DNA from: Massalongia carnosa
Lineage: Eukaryota
Reading direction: 5' to 3'
Length of the DNA stretch: 64,000 nt
NCBI GenBank assembly: GCA_965645245.1
Contig: OZ287073.1
Location: forward strand, 2,480,001 to 2,544,000
Both the position numbers and the translations under genes were made by a program. The notes beneath the pieces are model-generated. The model was not told the origin of the DNA. It saw nothing but the letters and a program-made list of their open reading frames with translations, and did not search any database. Shown here piece by piece: positions 25,600 to 36,463 of this stretch. How positions within the stretch are numbered: the stretch's first letter is position 1; each line of letters starts with the position of its first letter.

Positions 25600-27784
25600 T
25601 CCCTGAACGAGTTTACAAGGATAGCAGCGAGGATCTATAGAGCTAGATTAAGAACCTTTGGTATCGGTAAGGAGATGCTACTACTACTATCGTGGACTGG
25701 CGAAATCTGATCGAGGCTGACAGATATTGCGAATTCACTGGGAAGAACCCCGTCATGACTCTCAATGAGATCTCTATCAACATCCTCTACGTCTTCTTCG
25801 ACTGGCTACTCTCCATTCGAAAAGATCGGCTGAGTACGGCTAGTATCCTGCAAACACTAAAGAAAGAGACTGGCTGTCTAGAGATCGACCCGCTTATCAA
25901 AAGCCAGATGCACGGGGTATGAGAGCCCCATTCTACGCCTCTATTGATTAACCAGTACTAGGCGAGACAACGGCTCGCTCTGAAGCATGGGTTAAGGACT
26001 GAGAAGAAGAAGAAGAAGAAGAAGAAGCTCATCATGCGGGCCGAGGACGAGTTCGAGCTCCTGAAGACATTGTTTCTCTCCGTCGGGATCGTCTTTGATC
26101 ACGAGCGGCACCGTGTACAACTAGCCTTGATCATGCAGCTAGCCGGAATCACAGAAAACCGTCCTGCTGCCCTCTTGGGTGTGTGCTACAAAGATGTTAA
26201 GATCACCTTGCTTGCGGATCTCGGAGGAGGGGAGCTTCCTCGACGGTTGATTGAAATCGCATTCAAGAATACGAAGGGCTATCTAGGCGATAAAGAAACG
26301 TCCATGTTGCCCTTTTGTGCTTTCTTCGTCGAGACGGACAGTTTCGCTGAACGACTGACAAGTATCATAGAAATGAGTTCAGGATTCCTGACGAGCCTGA
26401 CGAACCATGCCTGTTGCTTTGTCCTCGTCTGAACCTACTCACTTTGATCTTTATCGATCAGGCCTTCGCCGCTCCCGAATTAATTTCTGCCGAACAGTTA
26501 TTCCGTCTCCGGATCCCCCGGGGATAGAAACAGCTGCCGTTTCCCCTTAAGGAAACGATGCTACACGTTCTCCTCTTCCGCCGATCCGAATTCACCGTGA
26601 ACGGAGTTCGAATTTCGGATGACAAAGCTCTGCCTGACAGTACTGACAGTACTCTTCGCTCACGGATGATAACCCTTGGAAGCGTCACCGGCATGAAGCT
26701 TCCCACCGGTTCATACATCTTTCGACGCGGCAATAGCGAAGCTCTCGACAACAGCAAGTGTGTAACACGACCTCTGTCAATCTTCTTTTGAGCTTTTCGC
26801 TGACCCTTGCACAGGCTTTATCAGTGAATCGCAACGGAATCTGATTTTGCAACATCACAACTCCACCGTGTTCTTTAAAAATCTATCTCTCGAGGTATAT
26901 CACAAGTGATGCCGGGGCCGCCTATCATGGTTTGAAGCCGCAAAATGCGTTGATACGGCTCGCCAGTGGAATGAGTCGTACGATTGATCGACGACGGCCT
27001 CGGAAGCTCAATGACGCCCAAAAAGCCCAGGTCGATCGTCAGCCAGAGGTGAGACTCCTTCGCCGGAGGCAAAAGAAAATGTTCCAGTTCATCAAAGACA
27101 ATCATGGACCCATCGCGAGCATGAAGGGGACATCAGTGTACGATAAGTACCAAAAGGCATATCAAGCTCATCGCAACATAAAACGGCGGCCGAGGAGGCT
27201 CTTTTACAAGAGTCAAAGCGAGGTATAAGAGGGAGCAGCCGGTGATCGACATTCAACGAAAGCTGAAAGGACTGCCGTCGGAAGAACTGGAGACGGCGAA
27301 GGCAGAGGATTACGTCTTCGAGGAGCGTGTCCGGGTCATCGATACCCTCCTCACCTTCGTGAAGTCATCCTCAGAGGAAGAGTGCAAACGGCGGGTGGAA
27401 GCGATCAATGCTTTGACAGCCCTTTGTCGCTTGCAGGAAAGCAAGCGTCCACGTCGTTCAAAACTTTCCGCGTCGGTCATCAAGGAACGGCATCTGACAC
27501 CACCATCTGTCCTCGATCCGGCCTCTCTTTCAGACTCCGTCCCGATTGAATGCGAACCCACTCAATGTATCTTTTGCCTCGGCTGTGTAGCGCTACCCAC
27601 CGAGACACGTCTGAAGTCTTTCCACAGCCACTACGATCTGAAAAAGCACTTCCATTGTAAACACCTTCGTCATCATCAGGACGGTCATCCGATCGCATGC
27701 TCTAATCCAAGGTGTCAAGATATTTTGACAAGCACAATGCACTTGCAGAACCATGCGGAGTTGGTTCACAAGACGCCCACTTGA
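25600..27784 (+). pseudogene. DUF3435 tyrosine recombinase (Starship captain-like), disrupted
   Basis: ERHRVQLALIMQLAGITENRPAALL, FKNTKGYLG, LCP...IDQAF, SYIFRRG, QRNLILQH...YLSRYI..D, SRTIDRRRPRKL and a C-terminal Zn finger (QCIFCLG...HF..KH...C...C...LQNHAELVH). Stop at ~26525 and frameshifts at ~26882 and ~27190. 5' end approximate. Confidence 0.85.
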
Positions 27785-28092
27785 CTGTCATTCGGCCTTT
27801 GCGTGCAGATTGGTTATATAAATTCCTTTTGAGGTCACCACCTTACGAGCGGCCATAATAGGTTGCCTCCCCATAGAAAAGCTTCGGTTCGGCATCGAGC
27901 TTGCCTAATTCCATACCCTTCTGCTGTTTTCGATGCGTCGAATGGTAAGTCTCATGACCATCTCGGGTTCTTATGGGTTCTTCGCTCCTTGTAGCCTATG
28001 ACTGCTGCGTCATCATCAGCATCAACTCTCGTATCGCTCTAGCTCCGAATTTCGGCTCCTCTACTCCCTCGCAACATCCCATCTTCAAAATC

Positions 28093-28290
28093 ATGGCTAC
28101 CGTACCATTTGCAACAGCGACCGAATGGAATAGCCTAGGAGTATACGTAGAATGTCCCTTCTGTGTAAAGACTCATCATCACGGACCAGATCATCGGCCA
28201 TGGACAGGTCAGACTTGGGTCGCTCACTTCGGGGGCAATCGTGAGTATGCTGACCTTACCTATCAATCACTGTATTCTTACAAAGGATAG
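28093..28290 (+). pseudogene. Short gene fragment with CxxC-HxH motif
   Basis: MATVPFATATEWNSLGVYVECPFCVKTHHHG: good start context and a Zn-binding-like motif, but truncated after 65 codons. Confidence 0.3.
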
Positions 28291-28786
28291 CTGCCTCCAT
28301 CTAATATTCATCTAACATGGCTGCCTAAATCATACATGTACCGCGTTATAGATGGAGAGCATCTCGGCGCAACACACATGAAGTCAGAGATAGTGGTTTT
28401 ATCCTTGGGGCCACTATCTAGACCGTTATGTACAATAGTAGCAATATTAAAAAACGATATTAAACTCCTGTGAAACATGATATCTTCAGCCAGAAAAAAT
28501 GCCCAAGGCTTTTTAGTCCCTATCCCTTTTCAATCACTACTCCCTTTTAAATCTCTACTCTCTTTCAATTCCTATTTGATCCGATTTGGCACAGCGAGAC
28601 AAGATGCCAAGAAATTGAAACTTCCCCCGTACAACTTGAGCCCTTGTACCCCTTACCTTCAAGTTCCCTCTCAGCTGAACGATAGAATTTCAATTCCACC
28701 ATTGCCTGCAAGATTCAACTAGCTTTCAGAGGGTATTGGTTTGATTTCATTTTGACGTTTGAATATGTCATCAGGCCTTGTCCTGC

Positions 28787-31700
28787 CTAGAATGTCATAC
28801 CTGGCACAGGTAAGCCGCTTGAGCCCCGCAGATACATCTCTTCGGCCTCGTTCATCCTGCCTTGATCTGCATACAGACTTCCTAGATTGTTGACTGTGTC
28901 GAGCGTTGATGTGTGATCAGGACCCCAGGCCTTTTCGTATCCTGTCAATGCCCGCAGATACATCTCTTCGGCCTCGTTCATCTTGCCTTGATCTGCATAC
29001 AGAGTTCCTAGATTGTTGACTGTGGCGAGCGTTGATGTGTGATCAGGACCCCTGGCCTTTTCGTATCCTGTCAATGCCCGCAGATACATCTCTTCGGCCT
29101 CGTTCATCTTGCCTTGATTATTATACAAATTTCCTAGATTGTTGACTGTGTTGAGCGTTGATGTGTGATCAGGACCCCAGGCCTTTTCCTTTCCTGTCAA
29201 TGCCCGCAGATACATCTCTTCGGCCTCGTTCATCTTGCCTTGACTTTTATACAGACTTCCTAGATTGTTGACTGTGTCGAGCGTTGATGTGTGATCAGGA
29301 CCCCAGGCCTTTTCATTTCCTGTCAATGCCCGCAGATACATCTCTTCGGCCTCGTTCATCTTGCCTTGATCTGCATACAAAAGCCCTAGATTGTTGACTG
29401 TGTTGAGCGTTGATGTGTGATCAGGACCCCAGGCCTTTTCGTATCCTGTCAATGCCCGCAGATACATCTCTTCGGCCTCGTTCATCTTGCCTTGATCTTT
29501 ATACAAAAGCCCTAGATTGTTGACTGTGTTGAGCGTTGAAGTGTGATCAGGACCCCAGGCCTTCTCGTATCCTATCAATGCCCGCAGATACATTTCTTCG
29601 GCCTCGTTCATCTTGCCTTGATCTGCATACAAAGCCCCTAGATTGTTGACTGTGTCGAGCGTTGATGTGTGATCAGGACCCCAGGCCATTTCCATTCCTG
29701 TCAATGCCCGCAGATACATCTCTTCGGCCTCGTTCATCTTGCCTTGGATTTTATACAAATTTCCTAGATTGTTGACTGTGTCGAGCGTTGATGTGTGATC
29801 AGGACCCCAGGCCTTTTCGTATCCTGTCAATGCCCGCAGATACATCTCTTCGGCCTCGTTCATCTTGCCTTGATCTGCATACAGAGTTCCTAGATTGTTG
29901 ACTGTGGCGAGCGTTGATGTGTGATCAGGACCCCTGGCCTTTTCGTATCCTGTCAATGCCCGCAGATACATCTCTTCGGCCTCGTTCATCTTGCCTTGAT
30001 TATTATACAAATTTCCTAGATTGTTGACTGTGTTGAGCGTTGATGTGTGATCAGGACCCCAGGCCTTTTCCTTTCCTGTCAATGCCCGCAGATACATCTC
30101 TTCGGCCTCGTTCATCTTTCCTTGACTTTTATACAGACTTCCTAGATTGTTGACTGTGTCGAGCGTTGATGTGTGATCAGGACCCCAGGCCTTTTCATTT
30201 CCTGTCAATGCCCGCAGATACATCTCTTCGGCCTCGTTCATCTTGCCTTGATCTGCATACAAAAGCCCTAGATTGTTGACTGTGTTGAGCGTTGATGTGT
30301 GATCAGGACCCCAGGCCTTCTCGTATCCTATCAATGCCCGCAGATACATTTCTTCGGCCTCGTTCATCTTGCCTTGATCTGCATACAAAGCCCCTAGATT
30401 GTTGACTGTGTCGAGCGTTGATGTGTGATCAGGACCCCAGGCCTTTTCCTTTCCTGTCAATGCCCGCAGATACATCTCTTCGGCCTCGTTCATCTTGCCT
30501 TGATTATTATACAAATTTCCTAGATTGTTGACTGTGTCGAGCGTTGATGTGTGATCAGGACCCCAGGCCTTTTCCTTTCCTGTCAATGCCCGCAGATACA
30601 TCTCTTCGGCCTCGTTCATCTTGCCTTGATCTGCATACAAAAGCCCTAGATTGTTGACTGTGGCGAGCGTTGATGTGTGATCAGGACCCCAGGCCTTTTC
30701 GTATCCTGTCAATGCCCGCAGATACATCTCTTCGGCCTCGTTCATCTTGCCTTGATCTGCATACAAAAGCCCTAGATTGTTGACTGTGTCGAGCGTTGAT
30801 GTGTGATCAGGACCCCAGGCCTTTTCCTTTCCTGTCAATGCCCGCAGATACATCTCTTCGGCCTCGTTCATCTTGCCTTGACTTTTATACAGACTTCCTA
30901 GATTGTTGACTGTGTTGAGCGTTGATGTGTGATCAGGACCCCAGGCCTTTTCGTATCCTGTCAATGCCCGCAGATACATCTCTTCGGCCTCGTTCATCTT
31001 GCCTTGATCTTTATACAAAAGCCCTAGATTGTTGACTGTGTCGAGCGTTGATGTGTGATCAGGACCCCAGGCCTTTTCGTATCCTGTCAATGCCCGCAGA
31101 TACATCTCTTCGGCCTCGTTCATCTTGCCTTGATTATTATACAAATTTCCTAGATTGTTGACTGTGTTGAGCGTTGATGTGTGATCAGGACCCCAGGCCT
31201 TTTCCTTTCCTGTCAATGCCCGCAGATACATCTCTTCGGCCTCGTTCATCTTGCCTTGACTTTTATACAGACTTCCTAGATTGTTGACTGTGTTGAGCGT
31301 TGATGTGTGATCAGGACCCCAGGCCTTTTCGTATCCTGTCAATGCCCGCAGATACATCTCTTCGGCCTCGTTCATCTTGCCTTGACTTTTATACAGACTT
31401 CCTAGATTGTTGACTGTGTCGAGCGTTGATGTGTGATCAGGACCCCAGGCCTTTTCGTATCCTGTCAATGCCCGCAGATACATCTCTTCGGCCTCGTTCA
31501 TCTTGCCTTGATCTTTATACAAAAGCCCTAGATTGTTGACTGTGTTGAGCGTTGATGTGTGATCAGGACCCCAGGCCTTTTCGTATCCTGTCAATGCCCG
31601 CAGATACATCTCTTCGGCCTCGTTCATCTTGCCTTGATCTTTATACAAAAGCCCTAGATTGTTGACTGTGTCGAGCGTTGATGTGTGATCAGGACCCCAG

Positions 31701-34376
31701 GCCTTTTCGTATCCTGTCAATGCCCGCAGATACATCTCTTCGGCCTCGTTCATCTTGCCTTGATCTGCATACAGACTTCCTAGATTGTTGACTGTGGCGA
31801 GCGTTGATGTGTGATCAGGACCCCAGGCCTTTTCGTATCCTGTCACTGCCCGCAGATACATCTCTTCGGCCTCGCTCAGCTTGCCTTGTTCTTTTGAAAA
31901 ATAGCCAATAGCATGATACGAAGGATATAGTACCTGTTCCCATCTCATGTTCCTTTCGAGGTTTTGAGGTTTTTTTCCAATCCAGAAGTGAACATAACTA
32001 CAATGACCAGCCAGTCGTTTTCGATGCAGCCAGTTTGCTGAACTGTCAGTGGAATGACATGCGGAACCGATTACAGAAACTGCTAAAGAAGCTATCTCGT
32101 CGTTAGAGGTTAGATTCATGTGAAAACACCAGTCATGTATAATTGGATGAATCGCATAAGATAAGATCTCATATCGTGTTTCTATCAAGGAGTAATCCAG
32201 CAGTATTTGAATCTTCTGTGTAAAATCAAATTCCGTCTTCATGCTACATAAAAACCAGATAGGTAATGTCTCTTTTGGGATAATGCTCTCGTCTTCATCA
32301 AGTATAGGTGCGAATAAAGAATACCATAAATCTGAATGATCGAGATATGCAAACAGATTAAGCAATTTTGCAGCGCTCGCGTCATTGCGTTGCACATATT
32401 CATAGGAAATGGTGTACGTAGATAAAATGCTACGAGGATAATCTTTTAATCGGGTCGTTTTGTTGTTGTGAAGCTTCTCCCAAGTCTCTTCATAGTATCG
32501 AATATAGTCGTTCACACTTGTAGTTGTTCCGTGGATATAGGAGCCTGCATGAGCAAGTGCAAGTGGGAGACCACCCACTTTCTCGACGATTCTATCAAGG
32601 CCTATATAATGCTTAGTAAATTGGATTAAGACTGTTGCTCGAATGTCATTACCTTCAACTGATCGTCCTATCCTGCATCGTAATACTTCTACTCCTTGTA
32701 GATCGCTCATCCTTCCAAGTTGCCGGTCCTGCCCGTGTTGTCGAAGCTGTCGTAATCGGCTTGTGATTAAAATAGAGCCATGATCGGCTTCCGGGAAAAA
32801 ATCTTCCACATCATATGATTGAGGATCATTTACCTCAAGGGAACTATCACGATCGACATTATCGAAAATGAGAAGCCATTGATTGTTTTCATGTTGACTG
32901 AACCAAATAAGAATATTGCTAATGATTTCATCTAGCTCTTCAGGGGATGTTTTAGAGAATTTTCTACATGAATCCGGAATCTGATCTGGGGGTAATTGCC
33001 GAGCAATCTGTGCAAGACTTTGACTTACACTTTCCTTACTATCGCCGTTTAGCCAAAAAATAGAACTGAAAATCTTCTGCGATCTTTGAGCGAACTCGAT
33101 TGCTAGCTGAGTCTTGCCGGAGCCGCCTAGTCCGTGTAAAACGAACACCTTCCGGCGAGTCTCACGAGTTGGCTTGGGAAAAAGGGTATTCTTAAGGTCA
33201 TTCATTTCCTGATCACGAGCTATGAATTTGGGTACACGGGGTAAGCCTTTCAAACTGAACGGCACTTTATATGAACCACTGTCTATTCAAGGATTTAGTA
33301 ACTCAAGAATTATCAAGCAAACATTGACGCACATTCTCGTGTTGAAAGATTATTTCCACAAAGCTTCATTTGTTTCATCACGCTTTCCAAAGCCACATAG
33401 CGGGTTGTGGCGGCCACGATCTTGTTCTTCTGTGCTGCATCTTCGAGTCCAATACTCTCAAGCCCATGAGAAACATTGAAACGAAAGTAGCGATTCCCAT
33501 CGTCGAGATCGGAATGCGCTCGATGAAAAGACTCCGCTGTTTTTTCTGTCTCTGTTGCAATGTCTTTCAACGTTTTTGCAATCTCGAAGAGGCTTGAGCC
33601 ATAAGAATCCAAGGATGGAACACCGGTACCGATAGATATCAGGCATTTGATGTTTCCCTCAAGCGCTTCATCTGACCACACACTTTTGGCCTCGTTCCAA
33701 AGATGTGCGACAGGATTGTTAGCCCCCACAGCCCCATCGACAAACTCTTCTTCAAACTGGCCAATTTTTACTGGATCAAAGAAGGATGATGCGGCAGATG
33801 TGGCTCGAGCTGCCTCCCAAATTCGTGTCTTATGGTACATATCTGATGATCCTCGAGAAGGATACGATGTGAAAAGGACTGTGTCGGCAGTCTCTTTGCT
33901 CAGAGCGCATACAAATCTAGCTTTCATTAGTATCACTAGAATTATACGTGTAAATGCAACTTCCGAAGCACTAACACCTTGCATTGCTGATTCTCTGATC
34001 CTTTGAGGAGAGCATTTTCCCCTGCCTTCTCCTTCCGCTTTACGATTTCTCGAATCGACCGTTCCAGCTCTTCCGTGTCGAATCTCCCCTGCACGTGTCC
34101 GTTTATTGTGACACGATGCCGCTTTTTTTTAAACACTTGATCGAACAATGCGACATAGGCATCAATACATTCATCGATATTCATCTCAAGACGACCTAGC
34201 ATGATAGCAATCAATCCACCGGTACTTGTCCCTCCGATCATGTTGAAATACTCGCATGGCTTCGGCGGCGCATCCGGATTGATGATCTCCATCAGTCGCT
34301 TGAGGATTGCGAGTGACGATAGCCCTCGCACTCCACCGCCATCAAGAGATAATAGGCATAAATCTTTATCTGGCAT
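28787..34376 (-). CDS. Patatin-like phospholipase - NB-ARC - TPR NLR (PLP-1-like architecture), apparently intact
   Basis: Exons 34376-33976, 33916-33333, 33282-32653, 32601-28787 (the third intron is 51 nt, in frame). Patatin motifs DGGGVRG, GTSTG and DGA are intact. NB-ARC GLGGSGKT, LLIFDNVD, ILITSR, GGLPLAL. 24 full TPR repeats plus a partial one. Confidence 0.95.
28830..31875 (-). repeat. Array of 24+ x 126-bp highly conserved TPR repeats
   Basis: Unit EAEEMYLRALTGxEKAWGPDHTSTLxTVNNLGxLYxxQGKMN, with near-identical DNA between units. Confidence 0.97.
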
Positions 34377-35160
34377 GATAGAAGGTCCTAGCTTTCTGCG
34401 ACTTATACAACTAGCCTGGTAGGAATGTGCAGAGGCTGGCTTTGGAAATGAGTGGTATAGAAAGCATCAGTCAAGCTGTTATTGTTGCGCGGCTGAATGA
34501 TATCCATATAAGGCTGAAAACGTCAAGCCCAGGCTTAACGAGATGCTTAAACAGTTACTACGTACTGTCATCCAGGGTGCGTACAAGCTAGTAATGCAAC
34601 TGCCAACAGCACATTAAACTCTTTTCGGTTTAAATCGTATGACGTGTTGCTACTAATAGTTACCCTAATCGTGCTAAACCACTTTCGGAATGGAAGAGCA
34701 TCCCTTATCGACGATGATGGAAAGAAGTATGAGGTGCGTCCACGACTTCAGCGAGATACATCTTTTCGTCTTCTTTCGCACGCGCTGTTGTCTCGCGGTA
34801 TCGATGTTCGACCAGGCTGTTGATGTAAGCGGATTCAGTCTTGTCGGCGTAGATTCGGATCGCGACATAAGTTCCCTGGAATACTTCATAGATGGGATTT
34901 GACGCCTTAGCTGCTTCAAGAGCACTGTTGACTTTTCTGATCAAGACATCCGTAGGCTGGTTGGCGAAGAAAAGAACCGACTTGGAAAAAGCGAGTGAAA
35001 AGGAAAGGCAATCAGTAATTAAAGAGGCGTGGAGTACAATTAGATTAATCTAGATTTTTGCTTAATTTTGGTGTGTATTTTAAGAATTTCATTCTACGAG
35101 TTTGATCCCACGAGTTATGTCTCCTTACGAACTTTATTCCCCCAGGGCTTTTGTCCCCTC

Positions 35161-35278
35161 AGGGACTTTATTTCCCCAGGGCTTTTATTCTCCCAGGGCT
35201 TTCATTATCTCGGGAAACGAAAAGAGTAGGGAAACGAAAGCCCTGGGAGAATAAAAGCTCTGGGGAAATAAAGTCCCT
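35161..35278. repeat. Near-perfect 43-bp inverted repeat (hairpin/MITE-like)
   Basis: AGGGACTTTATTTCCCCAGGGCTTTTATTCTCCCAGGGCTTTC (35161-35203) and its reverse complement with one mismatch (35236-35278), 32-bp spacer. Confidence 0.85.
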
Positions 35279-35334
35279 AGCCAAGAAACACGCCCAAGGC
35301 TTTGAAATGACTGGGGCTTTTTAGTCCATATTCC

Positions 35335-35555
35335 TTTTCAATCACTACTCCCTTTCAGTCCCTACACTCGTCTAATTCCTACCCACTTCCAGTCCCTACT
35401 CCCTTTCAGTCGCTACTCTCTTCCAGTTCCTATGATTTTTGAATTCCTACTCCCTTCCAGTCTCTACTCTCTTTCAGTCTTCACTCTCTTTCAACGTCCA
35501 TAATATTTCAGTCCCTACTCTCTTTCACTCCCTACCCTTTTTAAAGCCCTACTAA
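35335..35555 (+). repeat. Degenerate ~18-19-bp minisatellite (TTCAGTCCCTACTCCCT)
   Basis: About ten imperfect copies. A similar short block occurs at 28500-28573. Confidence 0.75.
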
Positions 35556-36067
35556 TCCTCACCCCCTTTAGCAATAATATTTAACTTTAACTTTTATGAA
35601 AAGCTTCATTCGCGAGACGCTTGTCTCCGTTATATTGAGTGTAAAATTTTTCGTAAAACACGGATGAGTCTATGAAATGTTTCATTTACGACGCTCAGGA
35701 TTTTAAAGATTGGGGGGGGGTTTCGGAAAAGGATCTCATGAAGGAGGGTTGGAAAAGAACTTTTGGTCACCGGAGGATTAAATGATGAAGTCTATTAATA
35801 ACAAGTGCTGATGCTAAATGAAGAAGAAAGATGAATCAAATCCTTGAATACTCCGCTGGATTCTAGCTAAACCGTATCTGGTCAAAAAGATAAGAATTCT
35901 CTGTTGACAGCACACACTGAAATGCAAAGACACTAACTAACCCCGTAAGAGCCTTGCACTACTAGAAGAGAGCTTTACCATAGCATTGCCTCTAGTGATA
36001 ATCTTTCATGCTTCCTATAGCTTTGCCTTGCTTTAAATGATAGTAGTGCAAGTTCTCGCACGAAGCT

Positions 36068-36463
36068 GTGATGAGCAAGAATAGCGTTAATACAAAATCA
36101 TCACAGTCTACCGCTAGATCACGACCGCAGACCGAACTCGAAACTGGTTTCCGAGAGTGGATATTCCTTATATCAAGACAGAATACGCAGTTTCAAGTCG
36201 CGCAGAGTGAGAAGTTCTTCAAGGTGGCCTGGGAATTCATCAGCAAGGAGCATACAGAAACTGGGCAACAGATTATCTTGAAGCTAGCGACGGAGGAAGA
36301 GCTAACTATGGTCAAGGCTCTTACAGATGAAAAGGTCGATGGCGTTGAGCTAGAAATGAGGCTGCGTATCTTTAAGAATAGAACACTTCTCTTTTTTCGA
36401 ATCATTTCTCCCCCGGACATCCTGTCATTCCTGATTTTGGAGACACCGCTCGATCGCGATTAG
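36068..36463 (+). pseudogene. Gene fragment resembling the N-terminus of fungal NFX1-type/AAA helicase proteins
   Basis: QQIILKLATEEELTMVKAL...FFRIISPPDILSFLILE pattern. No downstream continuation. Confidence 0.3.

Noticed and set aside
25100..25600. Starship left boundary or target-site repeat
   Set aside because: No direct repeat or TIR can be assigned without an empty-site comparison.
8799..31875. Regularly spaced repeats (99 bp and 126 bp) as a CRISPR-like array
   Set aside because: Units are contiguous in-frame coding repeats with no unique spacers, in a eukaryotic context with no cas genes.
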